From Utricularia gibba (Eukaryota > Plantae > Magnoliophyta): a DNA stretch of 64,000 bases. The DNA is taken from positions 3,038,001 to 3,102,000 of the forward strand of contig CM007989.1 in the NCBI GenBank assembly GCA_002189035.1. The letters are read 5' to 3'. Under the pieces are notes generated by a model, which saw only the letters and a list, made by a program, of their open reading frames with translations, did not search any database and was not told where the DNA came from. The position numbers were made by a program, and so were the translations under genes. Shown here one piece after another: positions 13,790-26,755 of the stretch (the first letter of the stretch is position 1; every line of letters begins with the position of its first letter).

Positions 13790-14977
13790 TCACTTAGGTT
13801 CCTGAGTGTTCTCATCTGACTTGCCGATCTCTGCAACCAACCATATAGGCATCAGTTTCTTTCTTTTTTTAAGAGGCAGATTCAGTCACCAATCACAGAG
13901 AACTTAGAAACAGGAGATACTCATCAAGGCATCCAAGTAATCTGGGAACATTTTATCAAGGGAAACGTGCTTCTCCCAGGAATGCAAGCTTAAGCTTTTA
14001 TATAGCAGGACCTATGTATACGGTGCAGTTTAAGTTGACTACCTTCGTCATCACTATCCTCGAGCTCATCCCCCATCCCGTCGCCTCCAAGTCCACCCAG
14101 GTCACCGAATTTCTGAAAGCAGTTACCATGTAAGTATTTCTAGGGGAGGAGCGTGTGAACATGATCTACATAAGCAACTCAAGAAACTGAAAATGTTACC
14201 GAGAAATCCATTCCACCCATATCAAAATCACCTGGTGCTCCTGATCAAGGCATTTAGGAAGATTTTATGGTTCAAATGAGAGGCTAAGAGATAACAAACA
14301 ATTACAATGGAAATTAGAGCATTATGTACCAGTATCATCATCCTCATCCACCCACTTATCCCAATCTACTTTCACGTAGTGAGGTGCCTTTCCCTCACCA
14401 CGCAATAGCTTCTTCCACCACTTCTTCTCCGCTTTCTCCAGAATGCAGATGATGCTTCTAACGCCTATGTTTATTTTGCTCTCCTAACATATGCAACGTC
14501 AAGTTGCAGAAAAATACACAATATGAGCAAAGAAAATACAAGGCAAACAGGAGCACAACAAGTTCAAGGGAGGCTGTCTCACCTCGGCATTGATTTTTTC
14601 TAGAAGATTTAGATTGAGCTCATACTGGTAGTTGTCGGTTCCAGCAACGGCAGAAAATGTGAACGTGCCATCTGGGTCCACATTGACCTTCGGATTTTTG
14701 GCATCCGGAAGCAAAATAGTAAGATAAACGATCCCTTCTCTTTCGGCCCACTTCACCTCAGGGTGTCGGCTGCAATACAAAGCACAAGTCTTTAAGTCTT
14801 CCTAGACGACAGTATCAAAAAAATCATGGCACAAGGAATCTGTTTAGGCACATTTCAAAAAAAAAAAAAAATTCTGAATACTTCAATGCAGAAGACACGA
14901 AAAAAGAATCAAAATCCTCAGAGAAGGTGAACAATCCAGACCTTCAGCATTACAACGAAGAATCAAGCCTACCTCAT
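13790..14977 (-). CDS. P23-1: HSP90 co-chaperone p23 (CS domain), 5 coding exons
   Basis: MSRHPEVKWAER, WWKKLLRGEGKAPHYVKVDWDKWVDEDDD and a Gly/Met/Asp-rich tail (GDFDMGGMDFS...DELEDSDDE). Confidence 0.95.
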
Positions 14978-15471
14978 TTCTCGAACTGTTCGGATTGCAA
15001 GCGGGGAGTCAGACAGTGAATCTGGAGAACCCTAGAAGCAGCAGGTGGGGGTTTAGAAAGAGGTACGAGTAGATTGACGATTGTACCCTTCTCCTGGAAT
15101 CCAACGTTGTTTTGTAGTTACGTAGCTGGTGACGTATATAGCAAAATCAAAATCAAATAATTAAGTTAATAATTGTTGTTATAATACATATCATAATCAA
15201 CATTATTATGTAAAAATCCATGTAATAATATTTTTTAATCTTAAAATTAATTTATTATTATATTATATTTTTTATTAGATATTTTTATTATTAAATTAAC
15301 AATTTTTTGATTGATCACATAAAATGATTATAATTTAAACTCTTTTAATTTTAGAATTCATACCAAATAAATTTCATCGTATTCAAAAAAGATCTCAAAC
15401 TAACACGACCAACATTGAGCAGTGTTTCCAAAAGTGGATCAATAACATTTTACAGCACAGAAGAAAAAAGT

Positions 15472-18400
15472 TCACAAGTTGATTGCTTCCTCTTCTTGGG
15501 TCCTATAAATACTCTTCAGGTCAACCAAGTGGCGCATGGTGGGCCGGCCATGGGGGCAGTTCCAAGGGGACTTGAGGCTCGCCAGGTTCTCCACAATCTG
15601 AAAGAAGAAGAAAAGCTATCAGAGAGCATCAGAACGTTTCTGTGGTTCCAAAGGAAGGCTTCTGGTTCCTCAACTACCTTCTGCATTTCGTTCCTCCCAA
15701 GAGAATCTCCGATCATGACGGATGACCGGCATGCGCGTGATGCAAGCATTTCTCGAACCTTGGGTGGACAGACTGAGTCGGAACTGTCTGACCGGTAGCT
15801 TCCGATAGACGAGCATTCGCCATGGTTATCGGAGAGGATGGCAATGAGTTCCTGGACATCTGCAAAGCGCAGGGTAAAAAAACTATTTGGCTGCTCAACC
15901 ACTTCGCCAACAAGTTGTATCTATCTCCTTTGAAGTGAAGGAGCTGATTAGTAACCGGGTTGCAGAACTAGCAGTGGGTTACCTGAAACCCCAAACAGTA
16001 TGTTCTTGCTGAAAGGAACTGCCTTGAGGAGAAAGCGATGTCCAGGTGCAGCGTTGGCATCCTCCTCCAGTAAGAATCCATTTTTCCTGAAATTTGAAGT
16101 CACAGGTAAAGCAGGGCGAATCAGATCACTTGCCGTGGCAACAACTCCTAGTTCGTATCACAAAAACATGAAAGTAAATCAAGGCTGTAGTGTGTTACTG
16201 GAGTTGATCAAGCAATCAGAACAATTGATATATGACAACAGAAGGAATAGTCCAAGTTGGGGGCGTTAGACTGAAAAATGCATTATATTTAAACAAAGCA
16301 CCTTGTGAACAATGTACCTGAATATGGTCATGTGCATTGGAATGATGATCTCTTCTTCAGGAGACAAGTGCATTTTCAATGGCCTGGGTTAAGTGAACTT
16401 GAGAGATGGAGGATAACAAGAATTCACCACCAAAAGAATAATGCAATGTTCAATAGTATCACCAAAAGAGACTTCCTAGCAGCTACAAAAATCTTAGCTG
16501 ACTCTCACCGAAGTAAAGGCTGCTGATTTAGAACGGTCGTCTGTGCCAAGGTCTCATAGTTATACTTCTCATCTGCAGCATGCTAATGCGAATGAAGACC
16601 ATGTCAGCAATGCTACCTTAGATTGAAGTCAATGAAGACATTTAGGCAACACACGCATCACCTGATCCACTATAAAAAGGTCGGAATTCAACTTTCCAAC
16701 AATGAATCCAAGATTAAATTGCCCGATCACCTGCAAAGAAAGAGGGATGGGAATCAATGAATTAATGTGAAAAGTAGAAAAACAAGAAAGTTGGAAACTA
16801 TATCCTTGTGACACATTTCACTCTCCTCGTCCTGAAAAGCTAAATTTCAAATTACTGTGAAAAGCAGAAACCTTCATTTTTCTGAAGTCTTCCTTATTAA
16901 AGAGTCTTTCCAACTCATTCGAAGCTTCCACCAAAGCTTTAGCCTTTCCTTCTTCATTCATAGCTTGGGATACCTCGAGAGATGCTGCGCCGTAGCCCCT
17001 AAGTAAAGAAAATAAATAAAACACCTTATCAAATTTACGGTACTCCAATTATTTATTATCCAATCTGTATACCCGGTAACATCTACAGCTTGTGATTCAT
17101 GGATGATCTGCTGGAGCCTAGATGATCTGTGTTTCCTCCGAGCTATGAAATTCTTGAAACTAAAATGCATTGTGAAACCAACTGTAGGGCTTGAAAAAGC
17201 CACAGGAGGCTCTTGGGAATCATTGGACTGCCAACACCTGGAATTTCCTTCGGCAGTTTTTTCTGAGCGCTCATGATAAACAACTGGTGATCCCTCGTGT
17301 GATTTCTCCAGCACCATGTTTTCCTGCATGAGAAGAAGACTTGGAGCCATGAATGGTTCTATTACAAAAACCCCCTTCATAATGTATACATTTCTTTGTC
17401 TTCTAAAGACTTTCAAACGCCAGAAATTCTAACAACCTTTTTGATGCTGGAAGACTTAGGAGGTTACCTCATTCATCCTACTGTGCTTTTTGTTAATAGA
17501 TAACATTGGATTACAGACCCCATCATCAGCACCCCGGGTCTCAGTTGGCTTTTCAGCTCCACAAGGATGGAGAACACTCTTTTCTGGTTCACTAAACTGA
17601 CCGTCACAAGGCTGGGGAGGCGAGGACTCATTCTCTTTATTGTGATTGCCAACCTTATCAAATTTTTCAGGAGATCCTGTAACTACATCGCAGTTCAGTG
17701 AACAGTTTTCCCTTATTCGGGAACCCATCGGACAGCTTCTGAGAAGTGGGATTTCTGATAGTGGAATTTCAGAAACTTCACGCTTCCTCTTATTTGCAGT
17801 AACAAACTTGTCAAGAGACATCTGAATAGCAGCACAAGAGCTGACACCCTCAGCTTTTTGAAATGGAGAGGATCTTGAATTACCTGGAGATTGATCATCA
17901 GCTTCAGAAACTGAACCAATACTTTGCTCAGCTTGGCCAACAGTTGAATTTTTCGTCATTCTATCATGATCTCCAATGTCAAATCCTACACCAACTGAAC
18001 CAGAAGTGCCACTCTGCATAATCGTATGGCCAGATGAATCTCTTGTGGCATCTTGATATTCTTTGACGTTAATGACACCTACTGTTTTATCATCAAACAC
18101 ATCTACATCTAACACTGATTTCTTGGAAGACATACGAGATGTCTCACTCTGTATATAAAGATCATACTCAGCCATGTCATCATTTAGTTCATCAACTCTA
18201 TTAACTGAATAAGTAGCCTGGTTTGAAGAATAAATCTGCTCCAATGCTTCTCTCAAAGATTGTAAAATCAACATTTCGTTAGAAACAAAAATCTTACTTT
18301 TGTCAGGAGTGACATTGACATCACATGACTGAGTAGGCACTGAAAAATTCATAACAGCAATAGGATATTGCTTGGAATTTGCACCTCGGTATAACTCATT

Positions 18401-19584
18401 GACAAGTTTTCCAACTTTGGGGAACTCAACTGGGCGGCCATTTACAAAAAAGAATTGCCGATCCCCAATGCTACGCCCACTTCCATAACCAGCCTTTGAA
18501 ACAAATCCCTCCACGGTACATCCATCAGCAACACTAACTCGTACAGGTTCTAGGCAGGAAAACATGCTTGTACCAAAAACTGTAATTATATTGTCCCTGA
18601 GTGACCCGCTACCTTGTGTTTTGAGCACAACTGATCTAGCGTTTTTCCCAGTCGTGTTGCTGCAAACTAATCTAACTCCTTTAGAGATTAGAGCATAAGC
18701 CTGAAAAGCAGAATATCGTACCACCGAATCAGAAAAATAGGGGGAGAGAATTGGCAAACACCACAAGATTTAATCTGTATAGGCTTAGAGAAGTCAATCA
18801 ACAGAGTACATGTAATACTTCATTCGGAAAATCTTAAAAGAAGAAGAACCCCAAAAGAGAAAAGCTTACGTTCAACAAGCTAACTAGCTTCCCATATTCC
18901 TTGCGGATATTTCTACGGAATTCTTGGCTCCTCACAGGCAGGTTGGAGAACAATTTCCTGACAGTCACGGTGGTACCAATCTGGCGTGCGCACTTCCTTT
19001 CAGCGGTAAGAAGACCTTTATGATCATATGTCAAATGCGTGGCAACCACCTCGTTCACAGTACGTGTTTCCACAGTCATATCTCCTATTGCACATATGGA
19101 ACTCAGTGCTTCACCTCGAAACCCAAAAGTAGCCAGTGACTGTAGATCTGGGAAAGCCGCTAACTTTGACGTATGGTGCTTCATTGCCAAAACCTCGATT
19201 ACAAAAAAAACAGAGAATAGCCAACATTAACATAAATAGCTCGATGCTAGCCGAGTTGTAAAAGAAAGAACTCAGAAAAACAACAGTTTTCGAAGAAATC
19301 AATCAGGAATCGGCACTGTACAATACTTTAAGTAGGAGTCGAGACCGTATTACCTTAAAATTCTCAGGAGAAATCCCAGAGCCATTGTCGATAACTTGAA
19401 AGGAATCGAGACCGTATTCCTTCAGCGCGATTTCAATACTGGTTGCCCCGGCGTCTAGGCTATTCTCGACGAGCTCCTTCACGGCGGATGCCAAGTCTAG
19501 GATCACTTGCCCAGCGCAAATCCTGTGCACGACACTCTTGCTTATGGGCTTGATTGTTGCGCGATTTCCAGCCACGTCTTCCAT
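15472..19584 (-). CDS. PMS1: DNA mismatch repair MutL homologue (plant PMS1, orthologue of human PMS2)
   Basis: [48 protein letters not shown], endonuclease motif [24 protein letters not shown] and [13 protein letters not shown]. Confidence 0.97.
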
Positions 19585-19756
19585 GAGGGATTCAAGAAAG
19601 AAGAATCACATGAAAAATACGAGAATGGTTTCACCACACGAACATCGAGCCGCCGAAAAAAAAACCTGCCCTATAAAGTATTCCCCGTCAAGCGACGAAG
19701 TAGAAGCCAACAAGAGACCCAAATCCCACGATCATACCATGACTACAAAGCTTTTA

Positions 19757-19764
19757 CCGCCAAA
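19757..19764 (-). promoter_or_regulatory. Candidate E2F site in the PMS1/AlkB divergent promoter
   Basis: CCGCCAAA on + is TTTGGCGG on -, matching TTTSSCGS, about 170 bp upstream of the PMS1 ATG. Confidence 0.45.
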
Positions 19765-19948
19765 AAACCTGCGAGTCCGACTCTTGACGATGCCTCTGAA
19801 CAGGTCTTAAACCCCGGGAACCCAAAATTCGTGGTGGATAATAAAAAAGTTTTTTTAAAAAAATGACAGCATTCCTGATTTTTTTTAATAATAAAAAATA
19901 TTACATAGTACAGAGTCCCTCACCCCGAATTCAGTCGGGAAAAAGGAG

Positions 19949-20818
19949 ATGGCGGAGGAGCTGAAATTCATTCTCAGAGAAGTCTTCGGCGATTCGTCTT
20001 CGGAAAGTGATGGCGATTCGATTTTCAGAGACGGTGGCCCAACTTGGGAAACGGTTGACGGAATCAACGGCCTATCAATCTGCAGGAACTTCTTTTCTGA
20101 GGAACAGCAGTACTCCTTGCTATCTGCTCTTGGAAATGGTAAAAAAAACATTTACTTGGAATTTCCCAACTTCGTTCTTGGAATCAATGGCTTACTCTCC
20201 ATCACCTGGATGCAGAGGGGTACTTGTCAGAAAATTCTCAGAATCAGGTCCTGTGAAGGCCCGTAAATGTTGCCCTGTTAAGTTCCTGCTTCGTGGGTCT
20301 GACTCTGTAAACTGTGTAGGCGATGAGATTTGGGGACCTTCCCATTTGGGCGATGGAAATTTCGAATCTTATTCGTGAAAATGTTCTCAAAACACAAGTT
20401 TTCCCATCGGAATTGGTGTCTCGTGAGCCCTTTTTCAACCAAATGATCGTCAATATCTACCAACCGGGTGATGTCCGTAACTTCTCCATTCTTACGAACT
20501 GCTGAAGAAAAATTAATTCTTTATCCTTTCCAGGGAATCTGCGCTCATGTTGATCTTCTGCGGTTCGAGGATGGCATCGCTGTAGTTTCACTGGAGTCCT
20601 CATGTGTTATGCATTTTACTCATGTCGATGATCAAATGAAGACGAAGATCCCCGTTCTTCTGACGCCGGGATCGTTAGTTCTGATGTGTGGAGAGGCACG
20701 ATATCGTTGGAAACATGAGATTAACCGGAAATGCGGATCCCAAATCTGGGATGGTGAAGAAATCACGCAAAAGAGAAGAATTTCCATCACTCTTCGAAGA
20801 TTATGCCAAACGGAATGA
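19949..20818 (+). CDS. ALKBH8B: AlkB-family 2OG-Fe(II) dioxygenase (ALKBH8B/ALKBH7-like, catalytic domain only), 4 exons
   Basis: FFNQMIVNIYQPGD|GICAHVDLLRFEDGIAVVSL...GEARYRWKHEINR...RISITLR gives the HxD...H...R metal/2OG-binding motif. The subfamily name is from recall. Confidence 0.85.
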
Positions 20819-20949
20819 CCACACAATTCCAACGCATTCAAGCAAGTTTTGTTTACATGCAACAACAGTCTTCACTTACAGTCGCACTTCAGAGCTTGTT
20901 TTACAGAGAGAACACAGGACAAAGGACTGTTTTTTTCTTTGCTTCTGTA

Positions 20950-21516
20950 TCAGTGATACACAAGCCTGGCATTAAAAGCAGCAAGGAGCAAAACCCACAA
21001 GAAGCACGGCTTTACCAAGTCACCAGCGATGGGATTCATCCTCGAGAAAGCTCTGGAGCACGCGATGAGTATACCAAACAAGGCTCCACACATTGCCAGC
21101 CCCAAACGAACCGCCCCTGCTCCGAACACAGCAGGGTACCATAAAAGGCTGATCAAAAGCTGGCCCAGGCAAAGCCCGAGAGTCGCAGGGCGGCGGTGGA
21201 AGCCTCCGTCAGCCCAAATCATCCATGCCGAGAGTCCCAACAAGAAGGCCGCGGACAACGACGCGAGATGAATCGCCCACAGCGGCGGAAAGTAGAAAGG
21301 CTTATCCAGAGTGCGGTACCGCGCACTGGAACCGAAGAAGAAAATGTCTAGGAGGGTGAGCGAGAAGGGAAAGACAACGCCCAGGATCAGTGAGCGTAGC
21401 CCACGCGCCGCCCTTCCAGTTTTCTTCTGTTTCACCTCCGCTGACGGAGGGGCCGCGGTTGCAGCAGGCGCGGGTTCTTGTTGTGTAGTTCGGTGTGTTA
21501 GATCCTGAGAAGCCAT
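20950..21516 (-). CDS. TSPO: Tryptophan-rich sensory protein / translocator protein, intronless
   Basis: Charged N-terminal extension, then KPFYFPPLWAIHL, LGLSAWMIWADGGFH and NPIAGDLVKPCFLW with five hydrophobic segments. Confidence 0.95.
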   Translation of the reverse strand: MASQDLTHRTTQQEPAPAATAAPPSAEVKQKKTGRAARGLRSLILGVVFPFSLTLLDIFFFGSSARYRTLDKPFYFPPLWAIHLASLSAAFLLGLSAWMIWADGGFHRRPATLGLCLGQLLISLLWYPAVFGAGAVRLGLAMCGALFGILIACSRAFSRMNPIAGDLVKPCFLWVLLLAAFNARLVYH

Positions 21517-21549
21517 GAGAATGAGCGAAAGGAGAAACGAAAATGGTTT

Positions 21550-21750
21550 TGGTTATATGGAGCCGAGAACTGTGGTTGATGGACACGCGGCGGCGATTAT
21601 GATGAGAGCGTGGACACGGAACGGAGACGCGTGGCGAGGTCGCCGGAGACGTCGGCATTTCATAGGATTAGTTTAGACGAAAGAGCATTGCTCGCTTGCT
21701 GCCTAAATTAGCAAATAATAAATTAATTAAAATTATCTTAGGACACGTGT
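21550..21750. promoter_or_regulatory. ABA/drought-type cis-elements between the divergent TSPO and UBL-LRR genes
   Basis: CE3/ABRE-like ACGCGTGGC 21627-21635, DRE core GCCGAC (minus strand) about 21651-21656, G-box CACGTG 21744-21749 and a TATA-like CCATATAACC on the minus strand near 21550. Confidence 0.55.
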
Positions 21751-21841
21751 AAAACAAAGGCCCAATTACAGAAGCCCAATGGTTCTCTTCATCAAATGTC
21801 GTTCTACTCCATTACCGGCTTCAGAGATTTTGACTGGTAGC

Positions 21842-23947
21842 ATGGATTCACAGGGATCGTTGCAGCCGGAAATCAAACTACATTTAACGGTGAAGTTCGC
21901 CGGAGGAAGCATACCGATTGAAATCTCCAGCGTTTCATCCGTCAAAGACCTAAAACGCCTGCTTCACCCCCTCACCGATGTCCTACCCCGAGGGCAGAAG
22001 CTCATTTCGAAAGGCAAGATTTTTCTTTTGTAATTGGAATTCTTTTGGGGTTTATTGTTTGATTTTGGGATATTCAGGTAAAGTTCTGTCAGACGAGTTG
22101 ATCATGAGTTCCTTGGGGATCACGGATGGCGCCAAGATAATGCTTATAGCTTCCCAGGGTCTTCATCAAGGAGTATGCTACTTTTATATGTAAATGCTTT
22201 ATAGGGTTGAATTTAGTAGAATGTGGCGTCCCTTGAGTTGGTTTTCCATTGCTCAAATGGGACTCTGGACTTTATTTGTACAGGAGGGTCCAATCAAGCA
22301 GGGAAAGGGGTTGATTCGAGAGCCAAAGCCGGAGCTGCCAGTCACACAAGTAAAGAAGGAAAGACCTGCTGATAATGCAGCCAAGAAACGTTGGGAAGCC
22401 ACTGGGATCATAATATTGTCTGATTCACATCTCAAGGTACTTGGATTGTCAACCACCACTTGGATATTGTATTGCTATTTTGGTGGGGTTTGCTTAGGTT
22501 AAATCATGCTGTCTAACCTTTTTTTATGCTTGAACATTCAAGAGTGTGCCAGGAGAAGTCTGGGGTTGTGGAGATTATGCCAGGGTTTTGGACCTAAGCC
22601 AAAATATGCTGCAGCAAGTGCCAGCGGAAATCTCATCCTTGCATTCCTTGAAGGTTTGAGTCTTTTTTTTGGAAGGCACATTCTTTGGTGATGAAAAATA
22701 TTTGCTCATTTTTTCCAACGTGACTGTAGAAATTGATTCTTAGTAGCAATCAATTATCGGGTGATACCATTAGCTGGGATGGATTAGCATCATTGAAGTT
22801 CCTCAATGTTCTGTCTCTGAACCTGAACAAGTGCGCATTTCCAGCTTGATTTACATTCGAATTTGTTCAAAGCCTTCTAAAATAATTCCTTCTCATCCAC
22901 CGAATAAAACTATGTTGAAGTAGCAGATTCCCTATCAGAGTTTATGATGCATATTTTCACTGTTTTCTCCTCTCAACCTATGCTCTTGTCCCACTCACCC
23001 AGCATGACAACTTTGCCCTCTGCTATTGGTGCATTATCATCCTTGAAGCAACTTGATGTTTCAAGTAATAAGTTGACGAGCATCCCAGTTGAAATAGGCT
23101 GCCTAACTGACCTTCAGGTTCTAAAGGCGCAGAGGAACAGGTATGTTGTCCATGCAACTCAGTCACTTGATCCGTTATCAGTTCACTTCTTGAACTACAA
23201 TTAAAAGTTGAATTCTTGGAGGTGGGCATTCTGTGGGGTGAGTAGTTTTGACTCTCAAGCATGCATTCTTGCATTAGCTTTGGTGGTTGAGCTATACTGA
23301 CTGAGAAATGGAGAATCAGTCGTTCTTGTGTTTCAATTTCTCAGCTAAATACCTGCTTCCTTTGCAGGATAAAATGTATCCCAGCAAGCATAGGCCGGTG
23401 TGTTTCACTTGTCGAGGTACTGGCTGAATGTGGTAAAGGTTATCCCTTTGCATTCTGATCAAGTCAAAATGCAGGTACTTTTCTGATTAAGCTTCCAACT
23501 ATTTGCCGCAGGTTGACTTCTCATACAATCTCCTCTCTGAGCTGCCGGAGACTTTTTGCAGTTTGTTACACCTGAAGGTAAATGCTTTGTCAGCATCTCC
23601 TGTCCATTCAGAGCGATATCCGTCGCTTCTTCTGGTGTACGTTGCAGGCACTTTACATTGCGAACAACGCCATGAAGTCCCTGCCTACTGCTCTCTTCGA
23701 AACGTGCTTGCAGCTCACCGTTCTGGATCTTCATAACACAGAAATAACAGTGGATCATCTCCGGCAGGTATTCAAAGTTCAATCCCTCCGACCTTGTACG
23801 ACGCTTGAAGATAATACCGGATTATTTCTTCAGTTCGGGGGCTGGGATAGTTTCGACGAGAGGCGGCGGATGAAGTATCAGAAGCAGTTCGATTTTCATG
23901 TCTCCGGGAGCGGCGAATTTGACGAGGGCGCCGACAAGAACTGGTGA
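21842..23947 (+). CDS. N-terminal ubiquitin-like domain plus leucine-rich repeat protein, multi-exon
   Basis: LTVKF...VKDLKRLLHPLTDVLPRGQKLISKG|KVL (UBL), then LRRs (VLDLSQNMLQQVP, LKQLDVSSNKLTSIP, VDFSYNLLSELP) and the C-terminus WDSFDERRRMKYQKQFDF. Confidence 0.9.
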
Positions 23948-24249
23948 GCCGTCGTGAGGACGACTCCCGCAGCAACCCGTTCAACTCCTGATGCCAAAGC
24001 TCCACTGCGTCGTATCCCTCGTGTACTGATATATATATGTTATTATTTTAGTATTATTTTATATATTAAATACGAAAATTTATTATAAAGTTTAATGAAG
24101 AGGTCATATTATGATAATAATTATCCACTGAATGGCTAATATTCTTTAAATAATTTATCTTTCAAAAGGCAATGGTGCAATTTCCTCAGTTCGATCGATA
24201 GGCTGCGGTTATTTTATTTGTGACTGGCGGCGCCGTAGAGACGATTCCG

Positions 24250-26755
24250 ATGCCGCGGAACAAAGACGGCGGCGCCGAGAAGGCAAAAAGGGGCAGTTCT
24301 TTCTCCAGGAAAATTATAGAAAACCCAAAAGTTTCCTTCGCCGCTGCAGTACTCGCCGGCGAGGTTATCTTGGTTTATCTTATCATCTCCTACGTTCCAT
24401 GTAATGCTGAGTCTTTCCAGATTCTTAATTCACTTCATTGCTTGTTGAAGCTTCTGCCTTTTTTAATATTTTCGGTCAACGCATTGCAGATACGAAGATC
24501 GATTGGGATGCATACATGTCCCAGGTGAATAGCATCGTTCCTTTCAGCAGCATCTTTGATTTATTCTATGTAAATTTTCGGATTTTACTTGTTTATGAAG
24601 TTCCATTTTGGTGGCAGGTTACTGGGTTTCTTAACGGTGAACGGGATTACAGTAAACTGGAAGGAGATACAGGGCCTTTGGTCTATCCTGCTGGCTTTCT
24701 ATATATTTACTCTGTTGTTCAATACGTTACTGGTGGTCAAGTTTATCCTGCGCAGGTTTTTTTTCTAACCTACAGGTTTCATTCTGAATCATGTGTTAGT
24801 TTGGGGACTTCGCTCTAATTTCATGCGTTTACCGAGTGCAGCTTTTGTTTGGCGGTCTATATGTTGTGAATATCGCAATGGTTTTGTTCATATATCTGAA
24901 GACAGATGTGGTATGGAACTCTTTTCTTGCTTTAATTCTGTTGCATTACCATTGGGACAGGAATTTTGATATCATAAGTTTCATTTGCAGCTCCCTTGGT
25001 GGGCACTCTGCTTGGTTGCGTTATCCAAAAGATTGCACTCAATCTTTGTGCTTCGTTTGTTCAATGATTGTTTTGCTATGACTATTTTCCATGCTTCACT
25101 GGTCTCATTTCTGTACCAGAAGTGGCATCTAGGGTTAATCATCTTCAGGTGGGCTAAAATTTCTTCTTTTTGTCATACAGTGAATTTTAGACTTAATTAT
25201 TATTTACTTTTAGTTTATGTTCATTGACTCTAATAGCGTTATGGGCATGCTTCATGCTGGCTCAGTGCAGCTGTCGCTGTGAAGATGAATATTCTTCTAT
25301 TTGCTCCACCACTGTTACTCCTCTTATTGCAGGTAAATTGGATTTTTACTACCAGAAGTGCCACTTAACCATCTAGACAGCTTTCAAGGCTCTATCCTTC
25401 AACTGTAGGCCATGGATATATTTGGAGTTATAACTGCTGGGGCTGGTGCAGCACTGGTGCAGGTAATCTTCCTCTATGATAGAGGCAGCTACTTGTTCAG
25501 TCATCAAGCTGATTTTTTATGGTAGATGGGTTTTCTGTTTCATGCTCCATCGCTTCACTTGGGGGACACTGCAGCTTCTCCTGGGATTGCCTTTCTTGTT
25601 ATCTCACCCAGTTGCCTACATCTCTAGAGCATTTGATCTTGGTCGGGTCTTCATTCATTTCTGGTACTTTTCATCAACTTGTCGGAATTCAGATTCTGTT
25701 ATGTGCTTTGGGATTCGCACATGGATCAAATTACTATGCACCTCAAGTATTTTAGCTCATCCATGTCATGCAGATTTAAGTGATATTTAACGATGGCTTT
25801 TGCTTGGAAGACCTGAAAGTAAATGAATATTCACTTTCGTTTTTCAGGTCTGTTAATTTCAAATTCGTCCCAGAACCAGTTTTTGTCTCTAAAGGATTTG
25901 CACGGTTCCTGTTGGCCAGTCATCTTCTACTTCTTGCAGCGTTCAGTCATTATAAGTGGTGCAGGTGATTTTGGCATGTTACCATAGTGTTCAAGCAGTA
26001 TGATCTATTGGTGCCTGCTTCTATATGCATGTCCATCCCTTCTCTGAGTATTGTTTCAGATTCACATTTTCAGGTGCTTTTTATTGCAGGAATGAAGGTG
26101 GATTACCTTCTCTTCTGCACACCAAACTGGTTCAAATGAAGCACAAAGTCTCTGAATCTTTTCATCCCGTCAGATGGTTCAAGAGTCTTCATTCGGATAA
26201 AAGTCTGCTTGGCACAGAGCGTAAGTGACTGATTATTTTCAATCTTCTTCCTCAAGACTGTGTTAGAAACACTGCTTGTGTCGAACAGATATTACGACAA
26301 CTCTGTTCGTTGGGAACTTCATTGGGATAGTTTTTGCTCGCTCTCTTCACTATCAGTTCTACTCCTGGTGTGTGCAAGTCCCTTCTCGTTCACTGTAGTT
26401 ATGCTCCAAACTCACTAAGCGTACATCATTCTCAAAGCGCAGGTACTTCTATAGCTTGCCGTATCTACTGTGGCGAACCCCATTTCCGACATGGCTGCGG
26501 TAAGTTTCTCACCAACAGCAGTACACTAGAATCAGCAGTTTTACAAAACTAAGACTAAGTGGTCTCTTCCGCAGCATAACTCTGTTCAGCCTAGTGGAGA
26601 TCTGTTGGAACATCTACCCTTCAACTCCTCGTTCATCTCTTCTGCTTCTTGGAGCCCACTTGATCATACTGTACGGTCTCTGGAAGACACCATCTGAATA
26701 TCCGTACAGTGCTCGCACAGAAGCAGAATCAAGCACCATGAAGAAGTCCAGATGA
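24250..26755 (+). CDS. ALG3: Dol-P-Man:Man5GlcNAc2-PP-Dol alpha-1,3-mannosyltransferase, multi-exon
   Basis: [55 protein letters not shown] and [14 protein letters not shown]; ends in the dilysine ER motif KKSR*. Confidence 0.97.

Noticed and set aside
15516-15680. PMS1 ORF appearing to miss the CPHGRP motif
   Set aside because: An intron after GRNEMQK restores [20 protein letters not shown].
17324-17467. Apparent frame break between the PMS1 ORFs 17456-18766 and 16958-17416
   Set aside because: Resolved by a normal phase-0 intron (GAG|GTAACC ... CTTCTCATGCAG|GAA, 144 nt).
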